From assembly GCF_006345805.1 (NCBI RefSeq), contig NC_043012.1, forward strand, positions 22,940,001-23,004,000: 64,000 nt of DNA, read 5' to 3'. Below the pieces are notes generated by a model. It did no database searches, was not told the origin of the DNA, and saw nothing but the letters and a program-made list of their open reading frames with translations. This document shows positions 1 to 13,157 of the stretch, in pieces. The stretch is from Octopus sinensis. Taxonomy: Eukaryota. The translations under genes were made by a program, and so were the position numbers. Positions within the stretch are counted from its first letter, which is position 1. Each line of letters begins with the position of its first letter.

Positions 1-1053
1 TATACTGATGAATATAGAGAAGAAGAATGCAAAAATTCAAAGAAAATTGGTAAAAGAAGAACTATACAAAACAAAAAATGAGTTTATTGCAACTAATCAT
101 AAATGGAGCAGGAATATAGACACACAGGAGTTGTTTGGAAGAAGGAAATAAATTTTAGTTTATGATATCCACAACAGAATGGCATACAGAGTAAAGAACA
201 AAGACAAATATATGAGTCTATAAGAAAGTAAGAATTTTAATTTCAACCAGAAATGTCAGGGAATAGCTACAAGTCACTCAATAAAATATGACAACAAAAA
301 CAACAAAAAAAGAAATGAAAAAAGAAATCCAGCAGAATCATCTCCAAATCTTGAGATGCAGTTTTTTCTTTAAAACAAAATTTTCTTTTTAGAATTTCAT
401 TTTTGGCGCATATTGTACAATGGTAAGGTAGGCGAGGTAGTTGAATAAAATTTTTTTGTCAAGGTCAACTAAGAGACGTCCTATTTAAATTTTTTTTGCA
501 TTCAGTTATTCCTTTATTGGAATATAATCCTGTCCATTATTTTTGTATTTTTTTTCTTCTGTGTTTGTTTTGAATATGAAAAACAGTTCTTGCTACCATT
601 TTTTTTATAAGGTGGTCATTTTTATATTAATTGTAATGTCAAGGACAACAAAGAAGGAGAACATGGTGAAAGATTTCCAAAGTGTTTGGAAAGGAAAAGA
701 AAGACAAATCAGCCATCTTGAGGTAAGCATCCCAATATTGGTGTGGTGGAAGGAACACAGAAGGGGAAAACAGGTCACATGACTTACAAACCGTGTTTAC
801 TTTCACTTCTGCCAAATGTTGACACAACTGGTGCAGAAAAAGACCTGGGGATGGGAACAAACGGTGCTGTTTGAAATGTGGAAAGCAGTTGGAAGTATAA
901 GGAAATCTCATTCAGCTCGCATCTTATTAAAGTTGGCGCATCTTCTATGTTGCATATATTTTTCTTACCATTGTCTCACATACTCATTTAAAGACACTCA
1001 CAGACAAAAATCACATGCAAAAGCACTTTACACACACTTATGCCCCCTTCACA

Positions 1054-1138
<85 letters not shown>

Positions 1139-2544
1139 CATACACATATACACATATAAATGTATTGCTATATTCACAGTACATCCCTTCCTCAGTTCAC
1201 TGCAAGCCATGTAATTCACTATCATTGTTAATATCTGAGTGTATGTTGTCATGAATTGGCAAGTGAAATATGCTGGATTGTGTTGACAGAGCAGCGTTTG
1301 AATGGCCTTCAAAAGATATGAGCCATCTGAAATTCACTAATCCTTCGTTTTCATCACCTAGTTTGATCATCCACTCTAGTTATATCAGTGTTGACTCAGA
1401 TGGTGTAGATTTTTATGAAGAACTCAGTTTTACAGCCTAGCAGCAGGGCATACGAATACAGAACACAGCTGAAGCTGAAGGTAGGAGGACGTCTGCTGTA
1501 GTAGATTATCAATTGAAAGCTTCTTGCGAGAGCAAACATTATTACATATACTGAGTCAACAATAGGATATTCTTATAATTTATATTCACACTGGTTCACA
1601 CTTCCCCTTACTCGTTACCATTCCTTATTCCAAACATGCAAAGGTTTGCAGAGACAGTGTAATACAAATGAAGAAGCAGATACAAGCTGAGAGAATTTTT
1701 ATCCTTCTTTTATTGCTCATAATAAACTTTGACAGCCAAAAGTATATTAGTGTGGATAAGAACACTGAATGCAGCTCTTCTCTGTATAAGTAGCAGTTAT
1801 GATAAAAATCCTCCATACAGTAAAATAAAAAATAAAATTTTAGAAATATCTTTATTACACTCAATACAATTTCTTGTAGCGATATAATATCAGAGTGAAA
1901 TAAAAATGAAAAGACACAAAGATTAAATGAAAAGCAGGATGTTTACTAAATGCAACTATATGCATGCGATTTAACTCTTCCATAGCCATATTTCTAAGGC
2001 AATACACTGCCAATATGTTTTAGCTTAGTATTGGAAATAAGCAAGAATTTCAGGGATTTAGTAAAATAACCACATGGGAGAATTTTATGTGTGGTTTGGT
2101 GAGTAAAAAAAATATATTAAATTAATTAACTGAGATTATTCAAAGAATTAGTTGTCAAAATTTTGTCTAGGAGTGTTTCAAATTTAAAAATCAACTCATG
2201 AATGTAAGGAACTGGAATAAATATGGTAAGGTAATTCTTTCAACATTCTTTGAACTCTGTTAAGGATATAGAAGGGAGAGAGAGAGAGAGAGAGAAGATT
2301 TTATGGTTTGAGATGAATACAAAGTTCACCAGTACTTCGTTTCACCTGGGTTAACAAAATAACTCATTGTACCCTACTGAAATAAATGGTTAACAGCTAT
2401 TCTATATCTGCTGGTTCATTGAATTTGCAAATCAGTCATGACTTGCCAAGAAAAGTTATAACTGCATCTACTTAAATTGAAAAAAAAATCTTGCTAGTTT
2501 AACTGAAAAAGCTTGGTTTTAAATCTTTCCCCCAAAACAATTAA

Positions 2545-2877
2545 CCCTTTTGAAATTATTTGGGACAATTCTTGGTTCTGTGATATGAATTCCTTATTTA
2601 AAAATAATCTAATACTTTCTATCAAGCTTTCATGTTCATATGTATTCCATATACATACTTAATAATGTCAAAGTTATTTTACAAAATTTTTCCTTACTTT
2701 CGAAATTAAGTAAAACAAAGGTTGTGTATTTTAGCAGGAATATGGTAATAAAACGATTAAGGTAATCCAAATCCAAACCTTGCATCAAAATTTCATGCTA
2801 ATCTAGGTTCTAAACACCAACTTAATAACGACAAAGTAATTTTTCCTAAATTTTTCATTGTTTTCAAAACAAAAGGG
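2545..2877. mobile_element. piggyBac-like MITE
   Basis: TTAA|CCCTTTTG ... CAAAAGGG|TTAA (TTAA at 2541-2544 and 2878-2881). Confidence 0.6.
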
Positions 2878-3064
2878 TTAAAAGTTATCTTTTGGTTTTA
2901 TATATATGAAAGTCTTATGAGAGAGAAACATGTCAACAGAAGAATATGCAACCATCAGTGAGAGAAGCAAATCTGTGAGACTCTATTTAAACTGAATTTT
3001 ATGATTATCTTACACGAGTTAAAACTTGTTACTAAAACTTTTTCTTGCAGAGTTTCTTACTTAA

Positions 3065-3290
3065 CTCTTTTGTCAAGCAGGAAATGTCAAAGAAAGAAAG
3101 TCGGCAATCTTGCAAACAGTATCATTCCTTGAGGAACAGACAACAAAATACTATAATTACGATGTCAATTTGGCATCTGTACTACTATACTGGTATGGCT
3201 GGACAATTAAGGTGTGCAGCTTTCACAAACTGGTTATTGTGATTAGCGATGAGCAGGCAACTGACATATCCAAGCAGTGTGATTGACTAC
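3065..3290 (+). mobile_element. Old RTE-like LINE fragment
   Basis: Open frame ...YNYDVNLASVLLYWYGWTIK... resembles the RTE motif NSNVKSVLLYGxETWT. Confidence 0.45.
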
Positions 3291-3943
3291 AAGCATAGTA
3301 GAGTTGAATTTATCTTTTAGGGAAGCAGGGGAATGAAGGGAAATAAAAGTTTTATTTGATCAAATTTGTTACTTTTCTAGTTATATTATCACAAATTGAT
3401 GCTCTGTAGCAATAGTTATCTGTATCTTTCCTTTCTAAAGGAAAGAAATAAACGCGTTCCTTTTCTGTTTTCACTTTCGCTTTTCCCAATTGGTCTTGTA
3501 GTTAGTGTTCAGTTGGATGACTTCTCTAACAACAACCACTCAAAATTGAAATGAGAAACCAGAAGCAAGTAAAAATACTATAAATGTATGATATGGTCTC
3601 AGGCCAGACAAAACCATAACATCAAGAATTTGTTGATTTTAAGAGCTGTACTGAAGCTTGGCATTTGCTCTGCTCAGTTGGCACACAGAGAGAGTAGAGT
3701 GCTATGAATAAGTGAGGTGAATATTTCTGTGTTTGTGTGATAAAGACAATAATTGTATACGCCAGTGTGTGTATGTAGACACACCAAAATGTGCATGCAA
3801 GCGCATGAATGCAAATGTGAGCATGTTGGACCTCAGTAATCTTTAATGTTTTATTATGTGTTAAATATCCCAATTGTCAACTAGTTTTCAGCAACTCAAC
3901 ATACTTTAACTTCTTCAAAATAAATTATACTCTAAAGGTACAA

Positions 3944-4190
3944 GCACAGCTGTGTGGTTAAGAAGCTTGATTTGTGATCCCTAGGTTTCAGGTTCAGTCT
4001 CACAGTGTACCATCTTGGGCAGGTGTTTTCTACTATAGCCTCAAGGTTTCCAACTACATGGTTTTAGGTTCAGTTCCACTGCATGGCACTTTTGGTGAGT
4101 GTCTTCTGCCAGAGGCCCCAGGCCAACTATAGCCTTGTGATTGGATTTGGAAGAGGAAACTGAAAGAAGCCCATTGTATTTGTGTATATG
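3944..4190 (+). mobile_element. SINE family A head fragments
   Basis: gctgtgtggttaagaagcttg...ggttcagt...gaaactgaaagaagccc. Confidence 0.65.
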
Positions 4191-4282
4191 TGTAGAGTGT
4201 GATGTAGCCCTGCATTTTGTTGGATGCTGTCAAAACAGTCCTAACTATGCTAGCCTGGGAAACATGATAAATGATGATAAAG

Positions 4283-4314
<32 letters not shown>

Positions 4315-4799
4315 ATGTGATTTGTCTTTAAGTGTTTTCGGTGGTTGTAAACAATGGCCTTGCAGTCCACCACCAAAGCATGTCCAGGCTTCTTGACATG
4401 TTACACACAATCATTGTAAACAAAAGGCTCATTCATATGGTTTTGTTTCCAGTTTTCCAGGTAAACATGCCCATGCTATTTGTTGTTCAACAGACTGGGA
4501 TATTACAACTTCATTATTTACTGGAATCATGCAGGACTCAACATCAGGAAGGGCATCAGACCAATGCAAATTCAGTCACAACCCCGATATACTTATGCCT
4601 GATGCATGCAAACACGCAAAACAGATATTAAAAATGATGATGACGATGGTGATGATAATGAACTCCTACACAAAATTATCTTTTTGACAAGGAAAATAAA
4701 TAAATAAATGAATTGTAAATAAAATCTTTATTAAGGTAATTATTTCAATTATTTTTGATATTATTCTGACAATCATAATTGTCATCAACATTAACACCT

Positions 4800-5090
4800 A
4801 TATTGATAACTAGAGGTGTGGTGGTGGTGGTTGCTGTTGTTGTTAGTGGTGGTGGTGGTGATGGCAAACAGGGAAGGAATAACAGTCATATTAGTCTGAT
4901 AACTACTATGATGATGATGATGATGACAATGCTAATCATAATTGTACTGATGTTGGGAGGGATGATGATGAAGATGGTGATGTTGATGATGATAATGATG
5001 ATAATGACAGTGATGATGATAATGACTGATGATGATGATAATGACATGATAATGATGATGGTAATGATGATGATGATGATAAAAAAAAAC
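4800..5090. repeat. (GTG)n/(ATG)n trinucleotide low-complexity tract
   Basis: Direct reading. Confidence 0.9.
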
Positions 5091-5479
5091 AACATTCACA
5101 ACAAAAAGGAAATCACAATGTTGAGGATGTGCTCAAACTATTTACACATGGAATAATTGAAAGCAAAGTTAAAATAAATATTTTTCAACAACAACCAATG
5201 AAAAGTACTTTGAGAAAGCTGAATATTTACTTTCCTTTTTAAAATTCAGAAATAAAATTTCATGGTAAAAGAAAAACAAAAAACAAAAAAAAAACAGAAA
5301 AAACCCACTAGAAAGAAGTATGGGGGGGGGGTTAAAAATAAAAATTTCCATTCCAGTTACTGATAAGGAATATTGGAATTGGTTTTTTTAATGTTAAAAG
5401 AAAACATCAACTGTAGGAAAAACATCTGTGTGCCTGTATGTAACTGAATAAAATTATATATGTATGCATATGTGTATGT

Positions 5480-5576
5480 GTAAGCATGCATGTGTGTGCA
5501 GATATATATATATATATATATATATATAAACACATATATATATTGTACATATGTATATATTTTGTGTGTGTATGTG

Positions 5577-5638
<62 letters not shown>

Positions 5639-5987
5639 TTGTATATATATATACGTATTCGTAGTGTCTAATATATGAAGGGTGTATGAATTTTACAACT
5701 GAATGTTTGTGTGTGCAAGTGTACGTACACAGTAGAAATGCATGCAGATGAAACAGCTATGCAACTATACACATATATGTGAACACACATTTTCATAACA
5801 TGAAGTGTATAGAATATGCATGTATGAATATCCACACACACACACATAAACACACATACACAAGCATTTGTGCATGTGTGTTCCAGTGTGTCCCTCATAC
5901 ATAACCTTTCAACTATTCCCTTGCACATATTATATATCTAGTCACACAGAAATATATATACATATACATATATATTATATATATATG

Positions 5988-6039
<52 letters not shown>

Positions 6040-6068
6040 GTATGTATATATATATGTATATATATATA

Positions 6069-6122
<54 letters not shown>

Positions 6123-6138
6123 ATATATATATATATAT

Positions 6139-6175
<37 letters not shown>

Positions 6176-6987
6176 GGTATGCAGACAGAATAAGCACAGG
6201 TAAACACAAACACAAGCACATAAACACAGATGCTCATATTATATATGCAGACACATATGAAGATACATTACACACATACACACACACACATATTCACAGG
6301 TATATATCTATATACACACAGTTGCATCCATACAAAGCACAACTCGAAAATGACATGCAGCTACCCACACATACAAACAGACATATAGACACACAGATTG
6401 ATTATGTTTAAAAACTGATATGAATTTTAAAAATTCTGTTTCAGTTTAATTTTATTTTTTATTTGTTCCTTATTTATATTTTTTTTTTGGGGTTGCTGTT
6501 ACTTTTGTGAGAATTAATATTTGTCATTATCTACATTTTTGTTGTTGTTGTTGTTGTTGTCTAGTTTTATATTTTTCTCAGTAGAAGTATGGGCATGTTT
6601 TATGAACATAATCTTTTGCATATATTGATCAGCGATTGATTGATTTGTCTGATGATAGGCTTACTGTAATGTGCAGTGTGGTATTGCGCTCATTAGAAGC
6701 ATACAAAAGAACAGAAAATTACCAGGAACAAATATATACATCACCTCCACACAAACACTCACACACACACACTTGCACACGCACATACGTATTCAGAAAA
6801 AGAATGAATGGATGAGGGGTGGGGTGGTTATATGCATGAGAAAAAGACAGAAAGAAAGTTTGAAAAATATATGTTTGACATGTATAGAGATGTACATACA
6901 TACATATATATATATACACACACACACACATATGTGTAAGTATAGACACATACACAAACACACACATATATACTCAAATAAACATGT

Positions 6988-7022
<35 letters not shown>

Positions 7023-7270
7023 CAGAGACATGTATATGCGTATAAATATATATGAACATAAATATATACCTAATATACATATATACATATGCACACATGC
7101 AAACATACTCTCACAAATACAAAGATGTATAAATACATATATTACATACACACATTACATACATATATACACATATAGACATACATATATACAAACATTA
7201 CACACACACACACACACATACACATACATACACACACACACTACATACATATGTACATATACATCACACA
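5480..7270. repeat. Cluster of (TA)n/(CA)n/(TACA)n microsatellites
   Basis: Direct reading; interspersed with short unique AT-rich DNA. Confidence 0.85.
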
Positions 7271-7934
7271 AGAATTTCTACAGAATGTAGATTTACTCTT
7301 CTGTATCATTTAAGCAAATGACAGTTGTTGTTTTGTTTTGTTTTGTTTTGGTGGTTTTTTTCTTCTTTTCTATTTCTGTTGCAGTTTCTTATTCAGAAAA
7401 ATATACAAACAAAAAAGAAACAACCAATTAAGGTAAAAACAAAGTCCCTTTGAAAAATAAAAAAAGAATAAGTAAAAAAAAAAATAAAAAGAGAAAATAG
7501 AAAAAGAAAAGAAATTCTTGGAATCATTATGAAATCCACAAAAATGAAGTATATGCTTAGAAGATATTGAACTAAATGAGAATTGTGCAAGTTTTTCTCA
7601 TGCATTAAACTACCATTTTCTAAAGTAGATGCCATATCCCTACTGATGTTGGCCATAATATATTCTATGGGGGTTTAAACAAAGAGAAGAATTCTGAGCA
7701 AAAACCAAATAATTTATGACATGTCATTATTGTTTCTGAATAGGAAATAATCTATTTCCAGTTCAGTTTTGTTGTGGAGATATTTTCCTCAATTAGATAA
7801 ATTCCCTGTTAGCGAGGTGACATATTAGTTGCAAGAGGTGGAGTTAGTAAATGTCATACTGGTAAGTGATAGAGGTGTTATCAAAGTTTGTTTTGTTTTT
7901 TTCAAAAAAAAAGGAAAGAAAATGAAAGAACACA

Positions 7935-8596
7935 TAGGTGCAGGAATGGTTGTGTGGTAAGAAGTTTGATTCTCAACTACATGGTTCCAGGTTCAGCCTC
8001 ACTGTATGGCAACATGGGTAAATGTCTTCTATTGTAGCCTTAAGTCAACCATGGTTTTGTGAAAGGATTTGGAAAAGCAAAACTTAAAGAAGAACATCAT
8101 ATATATATATAATAGGCACAGGAGTGGCTGTGTGGTAAGAAGCTTGCTTCCCATCCACATGGTTCAAGGTTCAGTCCCACTGTATGGCACCTTTGGGGTG
8201 ACCAAAGCCTTGTGAGAGGATATAGATTTGGTAGATGGAAATAGAAAGAAGTCTGTTGTGTATATATATATAAATTTAGCTAGGTATTAAACTTACCTAA
8301 GGAATATTAAATATCCGAATTTACCAGTTTATATTACCTGTATCAAAAACAATGCTATTCCAATAGGTAAATTAAAAAAATAGATACACAGTTTATTAAT
8401 ATATAATTAATATATAAATTATTATCATAATTAATATATAAATAGAAATAAGAAATGGAAAACAAAACATTAAAATGAACAATTAAAAATTGTTTGTATA
8501 AAATATTTAAATTGAATTGAATTAATAATTGTTTAACTTACTGTTTTGTTTTCCATTTCTGAGATATGTATGTATGTAATGCATGTATGTAATGTA

Positions 8597-8630
<34 letters not shown>

Positions 8631-8673
8631 TGTATGTATGTAATGTATGTATGTAATGTATGTATGTAATGTA

Positions 8674-8711
<38 letters not shown>

Positions 8712-8985
8712 TGTATGTATGTATGTATGTATGTATGTATGTATGTATGTATGTATGTATGTATGTATGTATGTATGTATGTGGTTGAGTGCCTGCGTTT
8801 GTCCTATCACCATCGCTTGACAACTGATTTTAGTGCGTTTAAGTCCCCGTAACTTTAGCAAAAGAGACTAATAGAATAAGTACTATGCTTACAAAGAATA
8901 AGTCCTGGAGTCAATTTGTTTGAATAAAGGTAGTGCTCCTGCATGGCCACAATCAAATGAATGAAGCAAGTAAAAAGATAAAAGA
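7935..8985 (+). mobile_element. SINE family A pieces: two heads (7935-8110, 8114-8270) and a tail (8783-8985) separated by unique DNA and (ATGT)n
   Basis: ggctgtgtggtaagaag heads and a gaataagtcctggagtc...caagtaaaaaga tail. Confidence 0.7.
8565..8782. repeat. (ATGT)n microsatellite
   Basis: Direct reading. Confidence 0.95.
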
Positions 8986-9165
8986 ATATATATGTGTGTG
9001 TGTGTGTGTGTGTATGTATATATATATATATATATATATATAACTTATGAATAAGAGCAAATGAAAAAATTTCTAAAGGTATTTTTTAATATGCTGGCCA
9101 TTGATAAAATTTTTTTTTTTTAAATGTTTATCCTACATTAAATATATATATATATATATATATAT

Positions 9166-9746
9166 ATTGGGTCACACCATAAATAATGTGATTTAAAAAA
9201 AATTTTATTTTTATTTCTTTTATTTTTCAAAATTAAGATAAAGTTCTTTTTTAATCTAAAATATACTCTCCTTCATTTTCTACAATGCTCTTCCATCTAT
9301 CTGGTTGATGTGTAAGTCCCCTCTTCCAAAATTCACTTGACTGTGACAAAAAGTACTGTTCTGACCTCGTCTACAGAATTCATATTTTTTCCGTCCAAAT
9401 TATAATTTGAAGACTGCAGAATAAATGATAATCAGATAAGGCAATGTCTGGTGAAAACGGTGGGTGGGGCATTGTTTCCCATTCAAACTGCTCCAGCCTT
9501 TGGAATGTCATCCTCGCTATATGTGGCTGCGCATTATCCTGATGGAAGAACACCTTTCATCTTGAAAGCAAAGTTGGTCATTTTTCTTCTAGCGCTGGTG
9601 TCAATGAATTGTTAAATGACCAAATCCAAGCTTCTCTACTAGTTCTTCAACAGCTATGATGAAGTTTTGTTCAACAAGGGTTTGCAGGATGTTCTCATCA
9701 AGCTCTACAGATCTTCTTGGACAAGGCTTGTCTTCTAGGCTGTAGT
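9166..9746 (-). mobile_element. Mariner (Tc1/mariner) transposon remnant, internally deleted and 5'-truncated
   Basis: Minus strand encodes SLEDKPCPRRSVELDENILQTLVEQ...LGFGHLTIH (HTH region) and WETMPHPPFSPDIALSDYHLF (mariner YSPDLAPSD-type motif, 9418-9485). A TIR-like end (ttgggtcacaccataaataatg) follows TA at ~9166. Confidence 0.85.
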
Positions 9747-9766
9747 TTATATATATAAATATGTGT

Positions 9767-10061
9767 GGAGGCGCAATGGCCCAGTGGTTAGGGCAGTGGA
9801 TTCGCGGTCGTAGGATCACGGTTTCGATTCCCAGACTGGGTGTTGTGAGTGTTTATTGAGCGAAAACACCTAAAGCTCCACGAGGCAGGGTGGTGGTGGC
9901 GAATCCTGCTGTACTCTTTTGCCACAACTTTTTCTTACTTTTCTGCTGTTGGCCTGGTCGCTTAGCCAGCGGGGTGGCGTCATTTGAAGGCTAAAACAAT
10001 GTGAAGCACATTGTGACCAGCGATGTGTAGCAACATCTGATAGCCTGGTCGGTCATGGTGA
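9767..10061 (+). mobile_element. SINE family E (tRNA-derived) truncating the mariner remnant
   Basis: A box tggcccagtggttagg, B box ggtttcgattccc, 3' end gcctggtcggtcatggtgat followed by a microsatellite. Confidence 0.8.
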
Positions 10062-10065
10062 TATA

Positions 10066-10097
<32 letters not shown>

Positions 10098-10144
10098 CAT
10101 ATATACATACATATATATACATATACATACATACATATATATAC

Positions 10145-10183
<39 letters not shown>

Positions 10184-10265
10184 CATATATATACATACAT
10201 ACATATATATACATACATACATATATATACATACATATACATATATATATACATACATATACATA

Positions 10266-10299
<34 letters not shown>

Positions 10300-10368
10300 C
10301 ATATATATATACATATATATACATACATATACATATATACATACATATACATATATATATATATATAT

Positions 10369-10408
<40 letters not shown>

Positions 10409-10465
10409 CATACATACATATACATATACATATATATATATATATTATATATATATATATAATAT
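10062..10465. repeat. (TACA)n/(TA)n microsatellite
   Basis: Direct reading. Confidence 0.95.
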
Positions 10466-10644
10466 AAAATACTAGCAGTAACCAAATGCAGTTTCCAGAT
10501 ATCATTTGTATCATTTATGGATTATCCAGTTTTGATTAAGGTCTTTATCTAAATAAAATCCCTCAGCGAGTGAAGTCTGAAGAAGTGCAGTATTAAAAGT
10601 GTTGAGGCTAATGTCTATGCAAGAGGCAACTTAGCTGATGATCT

Positions 10645-10905
10645 TTTATCTCTTATGCCAAACTGCTAAGTTACAGGGACATAAACAAACCGACATTGGT
10701 TGTCAAACAGTGGTGAGAATAAACACACACATATATATATACAATTGACTTCTATCAACTTCCATGCACCAAATCCATGTGCAAGGCTTTGGTCAGCCTG
10801 GGGCTACAGCAGAAGATACTTGCCCAAGGTGCCATGTGGTGGGACAAAACCTAGTGCCATGTTGTTAGGAATCAAGCTTCTTACCACATGACCATGCCTG
10901 CATCT
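10645..10905 (-). mobile_element. SINE family A, partial
   Basis: cttgcccaaggtgcc...cttaccacatgacc. Confidence 0.7.
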
Positions 10906-11032
10906 ATATGAAGATTTTCATTTGAAAAGATGATCCATGCAGTGCTTTAAATTTCCTCAGTTTGCTGATGTGAGCAGCCACACGAGCAAAGGAAGTGTTA
11001 CCATGATTTAGTTTGTCTGGAAAATGAAACAC

Positions 11033-11426
11033 TTTACTCTTTTACTTGTTTCAGTCATTTGACTGTGGCCATGCTGGAGCACCGCCTTTAAGTCAAGCAA
11101 CTCGACCCCGGGACTTATTCTTTGTAAGCCCAGTACTTATTCTATCGGTCTCTTTTGCTGAACCGCTAAGTGACGGGGACGTAAACACACCAGCATCGGT
11201 TGTCAAGCAATGCTAGGGGGACAAACACAGACACACAAACACATATATATATATACATATATACGACAGGCTTCTTTCAGTTTCCGTCTACCAAATCCAC
11301 TCACAAGGCATTGATCGGCCCAGGGCTATAGCAGAAGACACTTGCCCAAGATGCCACATAGTGGGACTGAGCCCGGAACCATGTGGTTAGTAAACAAGCT
11401 ACTTACCACACAGCCACTCCTGCGCC
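11033..11426 (-). mobile_element. SINE family A (tRNA-derived), full length
   Basis: Head ggcgcaggagtggctgtgtggtaag...ggttccgggttcagtccc (A/B-box-like), central gcaccttgggcaagtgtcttct-type motif, tail gactgaaacaagtaaaagagt. Confidence 0.9.
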
Positions 11427-11524
11427 TGAGATGAGAAGATCAGGATACATGGAAAAGTACTGCCTTGCAGGACCATGGGACTTTTATTAAAATAGAGAAT
11501 AAAAATATATAAATTGGTTGGCTT

Positions 11525-11900
11525 GGGTGCAGGCGCAGTTGTGTGGTTAAGAAGTCTGTTTCCCAACCACATGGTTTCAGGTTCAGTCCCACCGTGTGGC
11601 ACCTTGGGCAAGTGTCTTGTACTATAGCCCTGGGCTAATGAATGAACTGCAAGTGAATGTGATACAAGAAAATTGTGTGTGTATGTATACACATTGTTAT
11701 GTATGTATATATGCATGCATATATGTATGAATAGGTATCTTTGTGTTCATGTTCCTGTAATTTAGTGGTTTGGCATAAGAGAACAATAGAATGAGTACCA
11801 GTCTTTGCTGGAGGGCCAGTCTGTTTTTTTAGTGAACCCTTTGAGACAGTGCCCCAGGGTGGGTGCAACTCAATGACTAAAACAAATAACAAGATGAAAG
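11525..11900 (+). mobile_element. SINE family A, diverged
   Basis: Head at 11525-11640, decayed tail to ~11900. Confidence 0.7.
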
Positions 11901-12123
11901 AAGTAAACAGACATTAAAACAATGGAGAGAATCATGACGGGAATTAATAAGCAAAAAGAATAGCAGAAGAATGTTGCAGATTAGGCAAGAAATTTTCTCT
12001 AAGACCACAACCTTTGAGTGGAACACAAATTGGAAAAAGGAAGAACATGGGAAATGGGATTTTAAAGCTGGAAACTGATGTTTTCATCATCACCACCACC
12101 ACCACCACCACCACCACCATTAT

Positions 12124-12350
12124 GGTGGTGAGCTGGAGGAATGGTGACCATGCTGGACAAAATACTTAATGGCATTTCTTCTGGTTTATTACATTTGGAG
12201 TTCCAGTTCCACCAAGGTCGACTTTGCCTTTCTTCGTTTTGAAAGTCAATAAAATATTTAATTACCGGTAGAATGCTGGTTGGTCACTGTAATCAACTGA
12301 TTCTGCTTCCATGAAAATTGCTGGCCTTGTACCAAAATTTGGAACCTTTG
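12124..12350 (+). mobile_element. SINE family B, old diverged copy
   Basis: ggtggtgagctgg...caaggtcgactttgcctttc. Confidence 0.65.
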
Positions 12351-12569
12351 TTATTTTACTGTTTAAAATGCATTATTCTTCGTAAGGAATTTGAAAATGA
12401 AACAAGTCTGTGACACATCAGCTCATCAAAAATTGTAAGATTTTACACCAACAACTCTTTAATGCATTCAACAAGTTCAGTAACATAGCTGATGGGTGAG
12501 GTTAAAGGGACTGTCATGTATCCCAGGTAATGTTCTAGCAGGGATGACAGTTTTGGGTCTGCTGTATAA

Positions 12570-12880
12570 GTGTGTATAGGCTTGGGAGCCCAGTGGTAGT
12601 GAGGGAAGAAACTCATCATCATCATCATTGTTCGACCGTGGTCGAGACAATGGAATTTACCATGCTACGCCAGACTTCATGGTCCATCATGGCATTACGG
12701 AGGTCCTGTTGCTGGATGCCTGTATCCCTGGAGATTACATCAGGGTAGGAGAGTGTGCGCCCTCTGGCTCCCCTGGGTGGCACACACACACACTGTTGCT
12801 ACAACAGTGAACTGGAGAGTGTGTATAGGCTTGGAAGCCCAGTGGTAGTGGGGGAAGAAACTCAGGGGCTGCTCTGGATG

Positions 12881-12916
<36 letters not shown>

Positions 12917-13157
12917 TTGCTACAACAGTGAACTAGAGAGTGTGTACAGGCTTGGAAGCCCAGTGGTAGTGGGGGAAGAAACTCAGGGGCTGCCCTGGGT
13001 GGCACACACACACACACACACACACACACTGTTGCTACAACAGTGAACTAGAGAGTGTGTACAGGCTTGGAAGCCCAGTGGTAGTGTGGGAAGAAACTCA
13101 GGGGCTGCCCTGGGTGGCACACACACACACACTGTTGCTACAACAGTGAACTAGAGA
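12570..13157. repeat. Minisatellite, 4 units of 103-121 bp with a variable (CA)n core
   Basis: Unit starts at ~12570, 12819, 12940 and 13055: gtgtgta(c/t)aggcttggaagcccagtggtagtgggggaagaaactcaggggctgccctgggtgg(ca)nctgttgctacaacagtgaactagaga. Confidence 0.92.
12613..12771 (-). mobile_element. 5'-truncated RTE-type LINE 3' end with (ATG)n tail
   Basis: Minus strand reads GRTLSYPDVISRDTGIQQQDLRNAMMDHEVWRSMVNSIVSTTVEQ* followed by (tga)n. Confidence 0.75.

Noticed and set aside
3075-3135. Kinase-like VCKIADF on the minus strand
   Set aside because: No DFG and no HRD motif, stops on both sides; the + strand is better explained as an RTE fragment.
4779-5156. Poly-Met/poly-Ile ORFs
   Set aside because: Translation of an (ATG)n/(GTG)n tract with no splice or homology support.
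9767-9840. tRNA gene at SINE heads (also families A and B)
   Set aside because: A/B boxes are present but there is no complete cloverleaf, and the heads continue into SINE bodies.
12570-13157. CRISPR-like repeat/spacer appearance
   Set aside because: The variable part is only (CA)n length, not unique spacers; eukaryotic context with no cas genes.
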